Of a stretch of DNA of 64,000 nt, positions 24,832 through 39,049 are shown piece after piece. The stretch's first letter is position 1, and the number at the start of each line of letters is the position of its first letter. The DNA is taken from the NCBI GenBank assembly GCA_051362555.1, contig CM120644.1, positions 21,412,534 to 21,476,533 of the forward strand. Reading direction: 5' to 3'. The notes beneath the pieces were generated by a model, which made no database searches, was not told the DNA's origin, and was given only the letters and a program-made list of their open reading frames with translations. The translations under genes were made by a program, and so were the position numbers. The stretch comes from Lingula anatina. Taxonomy: Eukaryota; Animalia; Brachiopoda.

Positions 24832-27214
24832 GGCTCAATTATGAGCTTAAACAGAACTTAGAGGCAACTTTAAATCAGGTGCATATATGCTTTAACATGT
24901 TATTTTTCAAATAAAAAAATACTACCATCTTATCAATTTTTCTGAAAGCAAACATTTCTCTATCTGCATTTCATTAGACATGAGTGAGTTTTCTGAATAA
25001 AATTTTTTTATTTATAATAAAAATGTAATCCATAAAAGGAACAAATAAAAACACATTATTGAAATATCTAGAATATTTATTTGGTATTTAAATTTTGACG
25101 TCACATCATATACAAACTTGGATCTTTGAATTCAAAGCAGGGATTTTGCCTGAATAATGGTGCATGGAATAATGGAAGAGGACCTTGGTTCCATTTTCTT
25201 GGTTTTCAGAACTTAGCTGCAGATCAAATATGGCACACACTTAAAACACCCTTAGATTGCCTGTTGTCAATGTACTGCAGTATTGTGTTCCATGACATTT
25301 AAGACAGAACAGTATGATTCTACTCATATCATCCAGGTGAACAAAGTGAAAAACCAAATCTCATACATAATTTTCACTATATTTTTCTTTTTACTGAGTA
25401 TGAAGAGATACTGTTTATGCACCCTGGTATATAATCAGGCATATTTCAAGAAATATCTAACAAAATCTTCTCAACTTGTCAGTGTTTACAGACTGACATC
25501 ATGCACAGTGTATATAATTATATGCCAAGCTGGCTTTCAAAACCTTCACTATTTGAAAGTTCTTAATTTACCACTCTCTCTCTCTCTCTCTCTCACACAT
25601 ACACACACACACACCAACTGAAGGTTCATCTCAGTGAATAAAAACAAGATAATAATCTCAATCCATATCAAACAGATAAACTACACTAACAACACACTCA
25701 GTGTGTGACATTTCTATAATATATAAATATGTGTGATGACAGAAAAGCTAAGTCCCACAACTCAAATAGTTGTTCTTGTGATGTGTCTTGCAAGGGCAAT
25801 TGTAAGTTCAATGTGCGTGCACACAATACCAGTAGTTTCTGTGCGCATGCAAAAAAGAGGCCATAGCAAAAGAGAATGCGACTTTTGGTTGGTGCTGAAA
25901 TCCCAGAAACTGAATGTCCATCAGTCCAGTGATGAAATTCGAAACATTTGGTATCTCTAATCCCTTTCTTCTGCCAGCTGAAAAGGTAATAGTGAAGTGC
26001 CCCATTAGAATACTTGTTAGCATAACAATGAATTTTATACATTAACAATTTGTTCTCAAAATAAGTAGTTCTTAATTACAAGTCAAAACTCTACAAACAT
26101 TTCTACAATAAAAAAGCAGCAGTTGGTAATTTTCCAAAAACCAAATGCAAACTTAAGTAGACTTGCCCACTATTTTGATTTAGAGCACATTCCCAATGGA
26201 ACTGTCATTCTGTGTAGTCAATCCAACTCCACAGGGACTGGCTGAATGCAATTGTATTAACACACCTCCTCTTGTTTTCACATACTGGTACTTATATAAT
26301 CAACAGTTTTTTTCTGTATTTTACTCAATGCCAGGAGGAGGCATGTTTATCTGATTGCATTCAGCAGGAGTCCCCGTGGAGTTATAGGTATCTATGTAGT
26401 TTCATTGGAAATGGGCCCTTAGAGGGCAACCTACACTGTGTTCTACAGAAAATCAATTCAATTATTTACTGGCAATTTGAAATAAAAGATTTAAATTTAT
26501 AATGCCAAAACAAGGTTTTTGTCAATTTAAATGAAAAACTATTTAATTATTACCTGTAGCCTCTCTTGAATATCTTAAGAATTCTCCACATGTAACTTCC
26601 TCCTCTGCTTAGAAGACAATCAAGCCATGCTGGACATGAACCTACTTGAAGTGGGCCAAAGTTCTGAAAAAATACAAGATACAAACATTATATATCATAT
26701 CATACACCTATTTTTCAAAACATTGGAGTCAAGAAACAAATGTTTTTAGAATATAATTTATTGGTTCCAATTGAGTAACCTTAAAATTGTTTGACATATT
26801 ATTGTAATAATGTACTGCTTACCATTTTATCACCTTCCCATCTCTGGCTGTGTAAATCCAACTTGTCCTAAAACTTGCCACATCCCATGTGTTGTATATC
26901 TGGATGAGATGAAGGCTAAGGATGTTCTCGCTGGTCTTTAACTGTCTGTTCCTTATTATTAAAAGCCATGCCCATGTAACCAGCTGCTGCCCAGAAGCCA
27001 CCATGCCATATAGAAAGGTGCTGGAAAAAATAAAACAGTCCAGTCAACCACTAGTTGGTCATGAAGAAGTCTGGTGTGTTTTGGTATGGAAGACATTTCT
27101 AAGACCCAATTAGATCCATCTAGCAGGATCGACCCATCTACGAAGGGAGTTTGAAGGGCATGGTGAAAGAAACAAAGGCCATTTCCAGGCACTATACTGA
27201 TCCACCTAATTGTA

Positions 27215-28078
27215 TACTGAACAAAAATATAAACGCACGAAACTAAAATGGTCAGTTAAAATGGATAATCATGAAATATGCCCAGGTGGATGGTTTATTT
27301 GTGAACTGATGAATTTGTTTTGATCAAGTATAGTGGTCTGGTTTCACTTGGCCGCTCCCTGTGACTATACTTAAAGGTTCAGTTTTTACACCCATAAGAC
27401 TAATGGAGCATGACGGAGTGGAAGTCAATCTGCATGACCAATACACAGACACTCTCTACAGTCTAGGCAATAAAAGGACACACCAAAATGCGCATTTCTG
27501 TCACTTGTCAACATGCCACAGATGTCTGCCACAGAATAATGAGGGAGCATTGGCATGCTCAATGCTGGCTTGTCGGTAACAGAAGTTGCAGCATGCCTGA
27601 ATGTGCATCATTCCACTGTCAGCCATCTGAGAACACGTTTCAGAGACACTGGTAGCACTACCAACCACCCACATGCACCGACCACACGCGATATGTCGCC
27701 CATCAAACACCTGTGGAATGTTCTGGATCAGCGTTTTAGCCAACATGTTCCAGCTCTCGAGAATGTTCGCCAACTGCGAGTAGCACTCCAGGATGGCATA
27801 ATATCCCTCACACCACTATTTACAATTTAATGATGTCCATGCACCGCTGGTGTACTGCTCTGCGCAAAGTAAATGGTGTTTGTGAACTCAGGATGTTGAC
27901 CCCCACGGTGTATTTGATGCCCTAACTCTTGGACTATGCATTGAAACTTCCCCTAATGCTCTCAAAGTGATGTCTATTTGTCGAGAAAAATATGCTGTTA
28001 TTTTTGGCTATATACTCTAATTCCATATATGAAAATAAATCTACATATTCTTTCGTGTGTTTATATTTTTGTTCAGTA
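27215..28078 (+). mobile_element. Internally deleted Tc1-like transposon
   Basis: TIRs TACTGAACAAAAATATAAACGCACGAA and TTCGTGTGTTTATATTTTTGTTCAGTA with a TA TSD. ORF 27555-27830 joins an N-terminal HTH (GMLNAGLSVTEVA..LNVHHSTVS.LR.RFRDTGS) to the C-terminal DMSPIKHLWNVL motif, so the DDE core is deleted. Confidence 0.9.
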
Positions 28079-28377
28079 TAGTTTCTGTCCAGATGGTAAG
28101 ACTACACAGATTTGACTTATTTGTTGCTCACATCTCAAATCCAAACTCCTGTCAATTTTTTAAATACCAAAGTCCCAATAAATAAATTATGATCTAAACA
28201 AAGGAATGAAAATAAGGTTGAAAGGGAGTTCTTAAGATATTTTTGCCCTCCTGGTTACTTGGGGAGCTTATATAATTAATTACACTTTTCTTTAAAAAAA
28301 ATAAGAAAAATTTGAACCAGTTATATTTTGCAATTGACATAGTAATTGAGGTGTTAAGAGCATGATCAGTATAGTAC

Positions 28378-28930
28378 ATGCAGATTGATGACATAGAGAG
28401 AAACACATGGAAACAAAGCAAGGACAAGCAATGGATAAAAGACTACTTTATCCATTTAACCTCTTCTAACTTTGGAAAAATTTGCAAGTCCACAGTTAGA
28501 ACTGATAGAATTAAACTTGCCAAATCTTTTGTGTGCTATAAGAAGGTTGATGCACCATCACTCCAACATGGATGTCAGTATATGAACACATAGCTGTCAA
28601 CAAGTATGTGAAGAGACATCGGGTGTCAGAACATTTCCATGTGGCATGTTTGTATCAGCACAGTATCCATACTTAGCAAGTAGACCAGACAGAATCATTA
28701 ATGGAGCAACAACACTGGAAGACTACACAGACCACGCCCTTTACCGGCTGTGATGATACTAGACAGCAATAATGACTATTTTTTATCAGGTCCAATGACA
28801 ACCGTTTTGTTGTGATGCCAGAGAATGTCATTTTGTTATAAATACATTTAAAGACCTTAAAGTTGTCATTGTGACACGAGATGAAGAGTTTATTCAGTCC
28901 ATGATTGAAAAGTTGGAACAGTTTTATGTA
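28378..28930 (+). pseudogene. YqaJ/lambda-exonuclease-like domain relic (ISL2EU/Kolobok-type accessory gene)
   Basis: W...HLTSSNFGKICK...SLQHG and CGMFVSAQYPYLASRPDRII match the YqaJ pattern (RITASxFGxIC...CGLxI...PxLGASPD). Stops and frameshifts are present. Confidence 0.75.
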
Positions 28931-30759
28931 TCTTACACGTACTTCAGAGAAGTCTTGTTGGATACTTTGTTTTATAAAGAAACCAACAAATATCACTTTC
29001 AATGACGGGATTGTATTTATTTGATGATGTTAAATCTAATTTCATAAACACTAGGCCACAATAAGAATTCAATAACTGAAAACTTAGTACATGATACCAC
29101 AACAATTGAGCAAATATTTCTATATCTTTTACACACACCACATTCAGAGTTGAATGCATATCTCAAACTGTAAGATCATATTGGGAGTACAAACAAATAT
29201 CAGACAAATATGCACATGAATAATATGTTGCTCTCATCAGTCACGAGAAACAATTCCAAATCTAAAATTGCACAACATGAAACACACAAATTCAGCCTCT
29301 GATAGATGAACTGTCGAATCCTAAATTGTTGAATGGGTGTCTTCGTGACTTGAAATAGAATCAGAATGAGTTCTTTCAAAGCACTGTGTGAAATTTCTGT
29401 CCCTAAAAACCAGTGCCAAACTGTTACCATCCAGATACTTTTCAATCGTGCAGGTTTGGACTTCACCAAAATGGCAAGGGAAGAGTTTCAGAAGGCAGAT
29501 CAAGTACTAATTAGAAAGTGCAAACAAGGAAAATTGCCAACATGCCCAGCTCAGACAAAAGTTCCAACAAATGGACAAATTAAAAAATGCAAAGAAAATG
29601 CATATGGAACAGGTGAATTTCACCAACCTGCAAATTAAGGCTGCTCCAAACTGCAAAACATGTCAAAAACTAAGGGCAGCGGTTTATACAAAAAATTAAA
29701 AACACAATTAGACGTCATAGTTATTAGATCAGACGGCGATACTTTAGAATGAAACGAGACTATTGTTAGCTATTATTGTAGTGATCAAGCGAATTTCATT
29801 GCATTCGATCTATTTCACAAAAGAGATCATTGCCTGTGGACTTTTTGAATACTGACTTATGTACCAAAAATGCATGATACCACTCTGAATAGGGGACACA
29901 TGAAGTACAGGGTTCTGCAGTGCATGGTACACCACTCTCAAGTAATATTAAGCTCACTTCATTTATACCCATTTTATATAAAGCACATACGGTAATACTT
30001 CAATCTATACAAATGGCACAATAATTACCAATTCGCAATAATTCGCAATAATTACGAACTAAACATTTTTTTCTCTGAATCTGAATTTTTTGTCTCCATT
30101 TTGTACGAACGATCGCTGGACTCACCTTGGGCACAATTCAAATTTTCCAAACGCAAGGAAGTGTGCCCAATTAAAATACACCCCATGATTCATCAAAGTG
30201 AGTTTTCAGACCACTGTTCAAAACAATGGAACTGCCACTTGACAGGAGAGATTGTTATCACTTATTTGTGCTGTTTTTGAATGAGACGATTGGAGGACTC
30301 AACCTGCCCGTCGGCAGCTGCTGGCCAGTTTTAAAACCACCATTGTTATTTAGAAATTATGAAAGCATCAGTACACATAAATTACTTACTGTTTATTATC
30401 ATTCCTTAACTTGCTGAGCACTATATTCAACTTTATTGCAGACAGCTACATCAATGATCTATATGCGCCATTGCATGCTCCTATGCTAGACAGATGTCTT
30501 GTGCAAGGCATTCTGGGATAACTTAAATATGCTTGATAAATAATGAAATAGAAATTACAGAGAAAATGGATAAAGGCTCGCTCGCGTTACAAAGACTTGC
30601 ATTATGTTATTCCGGAGTTGAAACATACACTTAATTTCTGCTATTTGATAATCGCTTATGAATAACTAAATGTTTACAGGGGACATAGCCAGACCTTTTT
30701 AAATTCTCGGGTACAGTGGACTTGCGCAGTGGACTTGGGCAGCCTAATTTCATTACTTA

Positions 30760-30996
30760 GGCTGCATTCACATCGAGTTGAGCCATGGCTCTATAAAGCC
30801 ACAACCTAAATATGGCGGACGTACATGAAAGGAAAACCGCCTAATTTGCAGGGGTACAGTCATTAAATCTCGGCTCTATTTGCCAGGAAGCTGGGGAGGC
30901 ATGTGAGAGGCGGAGAGACTATTAAAAGATTAGGCAGTTTTCCTTTCAGGTGCGTCCGCCATATGAACCATGGCTCAACTCGATGTGAATGCGGCA
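30760..30996. mobile_element. PIF/Harbinger-type MITE
   Basis: TIRs GGCTGCATTCACATCGAGTTGAGCCATGG and CCATGGCTCAACTCGATGTGAATGCGGC, a second internal IR pair, and a TTA TSD on both sides. Confidence 0.85.
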
Positions 30997-31587
30997 TTAG
31001 TTTTTACTACTAATAAAATCATCACTAAAAGTTTAAAATATTCCTGTGATTTAAGATTTCAGTATATTTTTTCACCCAGGAGCTTACTGAAACTTTTAAC
31101 TTCTAAAAAATTTGGACACTATATGAACTGCTTATTATGCCTGCTTGTGATGAGCTGAATTCTGAATAATGGTGCAGTCGCCAATAGTATGGTAGTCCTT
31201 ACCACATCAAAGGTATCAAAGCGACATCAAACGTATCAAAGCGACATCAAACGTATCGAAGTCTAATGAAACTTTAACAAGCTCTTCCCCCATCAAGTAT
31301 AAAGGTCGTCTCATTGCTGGGTGAGACAGAGAAGAGAGAGAGGAAGCTGATAGAGTCTGTAGATCAGTGAGCAACTGTAAGGCCGACGCTCAGGCCGCTT
31401 TTAACCTGCATAATAAATGATCAGTTTAACCATTTTGGTTGTTTTGTTTTGGGTCCATCTCCAGCAAAGGTGAATGGCACCAAAGCCTTACGAACCTCGC
31501 AAGTGATAGAAACACCATAGCCTCAGGGTTACACCCTGTCTCTTGAGACTATGTCACTGAGTGCGTGAATTAGCATCGACAACTGAC

Positions 31588-32620
31588 TTCAAGGCTTAAG
31601 AGGGTGGGCGGCCTGCTTCATGACCAGACACGACTGTAAGTCAGTGGCTCCCAACAGACTTGGAATTTAGGTTGAATGTTTTCTACAATCACCTCGGGGA
31701 AGTAAAGGAAGATGGAGAGTTTGATCCAAAGTACACTATAAATATGGACAAGGTGCTAATGACCTTCAACCTGCTCCCACAGAAGACTATCAACACTAAA
31801 GGGGCAAAAGACATGGAGATCATTTCAACTGGGCTTGAGAAACGGCATTTCACCGTAGTACAGGGTGTTGCGGCAGATGGCAGTTACCTACCATAGATGG
31901 TGATCTTTAAAGGTAATATTTCATGAATAGTTCACCTATGTAGATGTAACTTAAAAATATTTCAAGAGCTGTATATTTAGCTATATATTCGATACTTGTT
32001 CTGATTAAATAAATAAATAAATAAATAGTAAATAAATAAATGAAAATAAATAATTCATATAGATTTTTATTATTAAATTAAATATTTGAATATTTTTTAT
32101 GTAACACTTCACTTCTGTCATATTATTAAAAGGATTCATTCTTTGATTTTAGGCAAAAGACAACTGGATGTCATGGCCCCAGCTGGTTGGATTGAAGTTG
32201 CAAATGCAAAGGCATGGATGATGGAGGAGCTGATGTTAAAGTGGACTGCAGAGATTCTGCGCCATACACTGATCGACGTCCATGCCTTCTTGTTTGTGAC
32301 TCTTTTTCCACTCACACGACTGACTGCGTGAAAGAGCTAGGCACTGTGTAAGGTCAACGCTAGGCTTGCTATTATTCCAGGGGGGGGGGGGGGGTGCACA
32401 TCGAAGGCACAGCCTCTGGATGCAAGTCTCAGCAAGCCTTTTAAAGGCCAACTGCAAAGGTTGTGGAGCCAAAGAATGCACGAAGGGATGAATGCAGTTG
32501 TGAAGGAAGGAGAAAATATAGACCAAGTCAAGACAGGAACTAAAGAAGAAATCATGGAATGGGTCTCAAGTGCGTGGGCCTGCATTTCCAGCGAGATGGT
32601 AAAGAAATCCTTTGAATAAT
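31588..32620 (+). pseudogene. pogo/Tigger-type DDE_1 transposase relic with intron 31913-32152
   Basis: FKA..GWAACFMTRH (CENP-B HTH end), NMDK..TF, TGLEKRHFTVV...ADGSYLP.MVIFKG, AWM.EELM..W and IIPGG.CTSKAQPLD...KPFK. Confidence 0.85.
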
Positions 32621-33177
32621 TTGTTTGTGCTAAAAGCTGGTCGCAGTGATTTAATCTATAAGTAATGCTTACACTTAGCAATGTAAGTAAGTGGAGATAA
32701 CTTTCGGTACAGCCGCATTCCATTCGTACTTCAAAGGATACAAACCTGTGGCAATTTTTAGCAGATTGAATATCAAACCTTACGAACAAAATGATTATTT
32801 TTCAAAAATAATTAATTAAAATCGTTCGTATAGATCAGAGAATTACTGTACATTACTGTCTGGATTACTGTTCATTATATGGAGCAGCTGTGCAAAACTA
32901 AAAAACCTATACCAACCTCAAATACGTGGTGCAAGAATCATATCCCAGAAAAAGAAACCAAGAAATATCCATCAATTGAACTATTCATAAAACTAAAATG
33001 ACAAACACAGAATGGACAGAATTGAACAAAGCCATAAAAATCTTTAAATGGACTCTCACCACAAACATCAGGGACTTACTGGGAATTACTACCAAATACA
33101 CTACAGGCAAAACCATCCAATAAAGTAATAAGGGAAATATCTATCTACCAGTAGGCAGACATAAAGACATTAACTAT

Positions 33178-33392
33178 GGCTGTATTCCCAGAGCTTTTAG
33201 ATCAATCTATCCCCTCGGGGGATCTCACTAGATTACTGTCAGATAATCTGGCTTAAATGTCCGTCCCGCCTACTACAAGCTGTAAGGGGGTAATTAACTT
33301 TCGTGTCCGCCCGGCTGACAGCTATTTAGCGTGAACCCCCAGGGAGTTAGGTCGATCTAAAGTAGATTGATCTAATCTCTGGGAATGGGGTC
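33178..33392. mobile_element. Harbinger-like MITE
   Basis: Imperfect TIRs GGCTGTATTCCCAGAG..TTAGATCAATCTA and TAGATTGATCTAATCTCTGGGAATGGGGTC. A related end lies at ~13455. Confidence 0.6.
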
Positions 33393-34579
33393 TTAAGGTC
33401 CAATATGGACTTCGATTAAAATATGGAACCTCATGTCCATCAAAGACCTGTTTATTATAAAGCTGAAGATGATGAGGTTCCCATCATTATTTAGTCCACA
33501 GTATCTTCTAAAATTTAAAAAGTCAGAGGTGATCCTAAGGATTCACCTAAAAAACTACATTTTGACTGAAAAAAATAATTGGGAAACGTTCAGACATTGC
33601 TTTAAGAGCTATCTAAGGGACTGATGCCTATCCAGATCTCCCGGATTCTTTTACTTTTTAAGATAGGGCCATTACAAAATTTTGCCAAGGTTGCCTAGAT
33701 CCGGAGACAAGTAAACACGCCCATCTAATACACCCCATTTTGATGGCAGTTATAGGATTATCATTTAGGTAGACTTATGTAATTTATCTTCTGTTTCAGA
33801 TAGCGATCATTGTCAAGTTGGACCAATAAACGCTTAACGACAAATAGTGCAGTGTACTTATTTAGAAGATGCCATTTTCCAAATTCTCTAAAAATCAGCA
33901 TGTCTGTCAGGATCATCATGAGACCAAAAAGCATGAAAAAAAATTGTGATGATTTCGCCATTAATCAGGTAGAACCTGCTCAGTCTGGTGATGTGTGTGC
34001 CTCCTTCCAAAACTGAACAACTGTTGGAAAGTATTTTAGAAACCCAAACCTAAATTCTTAACCCCCCCCCAATCAACTGCATGTCAATCCCCTTGAAATT
34101 AAATGCATGGAAGATCTAACAAAAATTACTGACAGAACAAGTCATTTTGAAACAAATCAATGGAATCAACCTCTCAACAAAATTGCCCTATACAGACTTG
34201 CTGCTTTTGCCAAAAGCCAAATCAAAGGGATTGCCCAAAATATAAAGCTAAAAGGGACCCCTGTGACAGAGTTAAGTTTTTGAGTGTAATAATCTAGATG
34301 AACCACTGTAGAGGCAATATCCTCATGTACTTTTATAGAAACAACATCCAAATGTTAGCTTATATTCAAAACAAAGAAAGGGACAATTAAGAAAATGAAA
34401 AGTATTTGTGGAGAAACATGGCCTGGGACCAGATACCAAAACTGCAGAGAAATGGATTCAAATTCCCAGAAAGCACTGGACCTCCTGAAAGAAGAGGAAA
34501 TAGAGGCAGCAATTACAAAAAAAGAAACATTCCAGACAATGCAGCATTCTATCTGTCATACACTATCACAAGGCACTTA

Positions 34580-34945
34580 GGAATTTGCAAGCCACCCTTA
34601 AGTTTGGTCGGAGGAGTGACAGCCCACATTTACGCCACATCAGACGACCAGCCCTATTGGTTCTTGATACGTTTTCTGCACACACAACAGAGAAGGTGAG
34701 AGAGGTGGCATGCAAAGCCAATGCCACCATGGCTGTCATCCTTGGGGCTGTACATCTAGGGCCCAGCCCCTAGACATGTCCTTGAATAGACTGTTCAAGG
34801 TACACCTGAGGAAAATGTGGACGGAGCACATGCGACAGACAGCCATGGAAACAGGACATCGTTGCATTGGTGGTATTGGCATGGAACAATATCAGCCCAG
34901 AAATGGTTGTCAAGTTGTTCTAAACAACTGGGATCATCAGTGCAT
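34580..34945 (+). pseudogene. pogo-type DDE_1 transposase C-terminal relic
   Basis: ALLVLDTFSAHTTEKV...AVI.WGCTSRAQPLDMSLNRLFKVHLRKMW, read across a frameshift. Confidence 0.8.
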
Positions 34946-35172
34946 TGAAGTGGGAGGAATCCTGTTCAACCAAACAACTGGGATCATCAGTACATTGAAG
35001 GGGGAGGAATCCTGTCCAACCAAACAACTGGGAACATCAGCGCATTGAAGGGGGAGGGATCCTGCCCAACCAAACAACTGGGAACATCAGTACATTGAAG
35101 GGGGAGGGATCCTGTCCAACCAAACAACTGGGATCATCAGCGCGTTGAAGGGGGAGAGATCCTGTCCAACCA
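34922..35172. repeat. 50-bp minisatellite, about 5 copies
   Basis: Unit AAACAACTGGGATCATCAGTGCATTGAAGGGGGAGGAATCCTGTCCAACC. Confidence 0.9.
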
Positions 35173-35689
35173 ATGTTGTCCCAGATGTTTTGTTTAACAG
35201 TGATGAGGAGGGTGACTTTTTGGCGTTTTCTGACACAAGAGATGACAGTGAGGATCCTTTTAGAGATCTGACTTAGGCACCAGTTTCATTAGGAGAATTT
35301 AAGTTATCTAATATTAAGATGATTTGCGACCACGCAGTCTGTCAGACTAATACTTTAGATATAAAACCAGGCAACAGGTGGGAAATAAACAGTAGATATT
35401 TTATGCTGTGGTTTAATGTTGCTTTTCTCTCCGGGTATAACCCAAATTGGGAATTGTGAACGGAACCTTAGAGTAAAATAGGTTTTTAAAGCGATTGATC
35501 ATAAATGTTTTGGACATGCCCAACACTTATTTTTAAACGCAATATTCTATTTCTTTATTCAATTTTTTAAAACTTACATTTTCTTTCTAACAGTGTGATC
35601 TAGGGTCCGTCCATCCTCTGAATGGGGCTAGGGAGAGTATCCATGGGGTCCAGTTAATGAACTTTACCCTCTCCAAGAAAATGACTCCA

Positions 35690-36143
35690 GAGGTACTAAG
35701 GGATTGCCCTGCCTCGCGGAAAGCAGATTACTGTGTTCTTGGTGTCATGCTATTTGAATTAATGGAGGGAAGGTAAGACAGACAAAGTGTACATTTATGG
35801 GCATGATGACTAAATTAAGGGGTACATAGGGGTTGCCCTGCCTCCTGGAAAGCAGATTACTATGCTCTTGGTGGCATGTTGTTTGAACTTATGGAGGGAA
35901 GGTAAGATAGAAAAAGTGTACAGTTATGGGCATGATGACTAAATTAAGGGGTACATAGGGGTTGCCCTGCCTCATGGAAAGCAGATTACTATGCTCTTGG
36001 TGTCATGTTGTTTGAACTTATGGAGGGAAGGTAAGATAGAAAAAGTGTACAGTTATGGGCATGATGACTAAATGAAGGGGTACTTAGAGGTTGCCCCGCC
36101 TCATGGAAAGCAGATTACTATGCTCTTGGTGTCATGCTATTTG
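35690..36143. repeat. 129-bp tandem repeat, about 3.5 copies
   Basis: TTGCCC(T/C)GCCTC..GGAAAGCAGATTAC recurs at 35704, 35833, 35962 and 36091. Confidence 0.9.
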
Positions 36144-37189
36144 TATGTTTAAGAACCCAGTACAAATTTGGTAAAAGCTCGCACATGATTCCCTTTTGAG
36201 ATTTTTATCGTTGGAGAGAATTGCACCAGCACACAGTGAAGATGGCTGAGGGACACACCAACAACGGGCAAGAAACAGCTATCCTGCCAGGAACAGAAAT
36301 GCATAAATTTTCTTGTTATTTGAATAAGTGCAGTATACATCTTTGGATAATGCTAATTGAGTGACTCAAGCATGGTGCTTACAAACTACATTTGTCAGAG
36401 AGTCACTGTACAGGACATAATATATCGTAAAAGACAGATATTTCTCCATTTTTCCAGGTGGACTAAAGGATGTGCCAGAGGAAACAAATGCCATAATTCC
36501 AGACAGATTTACTGATTTGCCTGAGGGGGACATAACAATTTTCCAGAGGGATTTAATGAAGCTGCTGAGGAAGCAAGAGCCTGGGATATAGAAGTTCTGT
36601 GGAGTCTTCTAAAACTGAGGATGGTGAGTGATCCATACATAAGTTTGGCATTTATCAAACAATGTTTCATAAGTATGGCTGTACATGTAGATATATCCAT
36701 AGCAGCAATGATCTTTTAATTAGGTATGATGATGTTTACTGGCAAGTGCAGTTGTTTCTGTTTATTTCTTTGACACATATTATTTAACATATTAGTAGGT
36801 ACGAATGGAATATGAAATGAAATGCCAAAACTGGCCATTTAACTTCCATTTGTTGTATTCTTATATCGAGAATATTTTATAGTTGAATTGAACTTAATGC
36901 TCCTTGTGTTCAGTTATTCTTTTGTTTTCATTATGACAATTAAGCTGTCTTCATTTTCATTCTAGTGAGCACAACTGCAATCCACCAGCCACTAAACCCG
37001 TCAGAGAGAGAGAGAGATGTTCATGAAGTAGATGGCAGCATTGAGATTAGAGAGGGATGAAGCCCTGCAGAGAGCTGAAAAGAATGTTCAGTCCAGTGCA
37101 TCATGATGACTGGTATTTCTTAGGCTCATTTTTCTCAACTGTTTCTCTTCCTAGCAGCCATATTTCCAAATGGGAATACCAAGTCTGCA

Positions 37190-37426
37190 CTGCCCTTGAA
37201 AGAATAACTCTTTTGAACATTGGTGAGGTTAAGGTACAATACTTCTTTTGATTTAATGTCGCATTTGACAGGTTTGCCAGAATCGACAATCATTGACCAT
37301 TTCTGGAAAATCATTGATGTTCTCAATGCAAAATTGGATTGGAGGATACAACCTCAAGACAGAGAGGGTCTCTTTACTAAGATTCTGCCAGTGTTCAAAG
37401 GGAAATTTCCAAGAATGACACTATAA
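37190..37426 (+). pseudogene. ISL2EU/Harbinger transposase HTH relic
   Basis: TLVRLRYNTSFDLMSHLTGLPESTIIDHFWKIIDVLNAKL.W.I...DRE.L...LP.FKGKFP matches the HTH_Tnp_4 region that precedes DDE_Tnp_4. Confidence 0.8.
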
Positions 37427-37455
37427 TCTCTTACGACAGTAAATTAGCTCACTTA

Positions 37456-37679
37456 GGCTCCGTTCACATGACAAGTCTATTTTCTAAAAATCTATTTTCT
37501 ATTCGCGGTATCTTGTGATCACGGTCTGTGCCCTGAATACCCTACGGCGTAATTACTGGCAGCCCGAGCCAGTTACTTCCAAAGCTGTAATTAATTCTCG
37601 GCTGCGCTCGGAGTGATCACAAGATACTGCAAATAGAAAATAGATTTTTAGAAAATAGATTTTTCATGTGAACGGAGTC
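37456..37679. mobile_element. PIF/Harbinger-type MITE with ~65-bp TIRs
   Basis: GGCTCCGTTCACATGA...TCTTGTGATCAC and GTGATCACAAGA...TCATGTGAACGGAGTC, with a TTA TSD on both sides. Confidence 0.85.
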
Positions 37680-39049
37680 TTAGTCAGAGGACAAGGTATA
37701 TTAATTCAACACAAAGTTTGACTTTAATGTAAGTCAGGGGCCTTGAGCCAATCCTTGAGCAATGGCACCGAGTCCCGATGGTCTCCCCGCCTCCACATGT
37801 GCCATTAAACGGATTAAATCTTGGCTCCAAGGTTTAATTGCTAGGTGCCTACAGCGACGGCGTGTGTGGAGGCCGGGAGACCATCACTGAATTATAGCAT
37901 TATGGCATCGCTTTTGCACTGGGGTCAGCCACATTTTAAAATCTAGTTGATTGAAGGAATGGATTATTTAGGTAAATGTCATAAACTCAATTGTATCTTG
38001 TTTCCAAGAGAAAACTTACATATCTAAAGAAGAAATGGACAAAACTCTGGAAACTGAGATTTTCTGAGACAGACACATCAAAGAAATATATATATAGTAA
38101 GCCTCTTTATATCTGTAGGTGGATTTATTATTTGGTTTTTCAATACAGTGAACTGCAAATGTTAACTTTTAGAAATGCTGAAAAAATCCAGGTCAGCAAG
38201 ACATACCTCATCCTAACGGAAAGAATTTTAAAATCAAGAATCAAATGTCATACAAATATTGTAATTTCAGTTACATAATTAAATACACAGATGTCTTTTG
38301 TGCTTTCAGATGCCTAAGCAGTCATCAAATGGGATGATAAAACAATTTCTGGAATGAAGACTTCAAAATTAGCTACAAGTGAGAAAATCCAATGCAGTGT
38401 GCGTGTTTCTTATGAATTTGAATTTTGGGAAGTCGGAAGGAACGGTTTTAGCTACAACCAGTAAATATCAATTCTTGGGGTGTATATTTGTAGATCTCGT
38501 GCATCTTTTTGGTCTTTACAAAAATAACAGCCATTAACTTCTCCCTATCTTATTATTGTAATTACTGTAATTGTATTACTGTAATTGTTTTTGTACTGTA
38601 CCCCCTCCCCCTATTCCAGATTCCATACAAGAACTCATGGCTAAGGTGCACTATTACACCTGTACAAACAATTCACTGATTTCGATTGGAGACAGAGAAG
38701 ATAGTGAAGATGATATTACAGAGACCGCAACTGAGACAGAGACAGATTCAGAGACTAAGAGAGGTCAGATCCCCCCCTCTAAAAACCAAAAAAAGACGAG
38801 TTTAGAAAGAATATAATTATATGGTTAAAACATACTTCCTGCCTCTCACAATTAAGAGAATTGAAATAATTTTGAAGGTAAAATTTTGGTTTTCGAATAA
38901 CTATGAGGTCATTAATCTGCATTTGGTCATTAATCTGCATTTGTCTTTATAATGTTATCTGAACAGTATTATGAAAATAGTGAATGAAAGCTTTTGGTAA
39001 AGAGTTTTCAAGGTTAGAAGTATGGAAAGGTGTTTTATATAGAAGAGCA

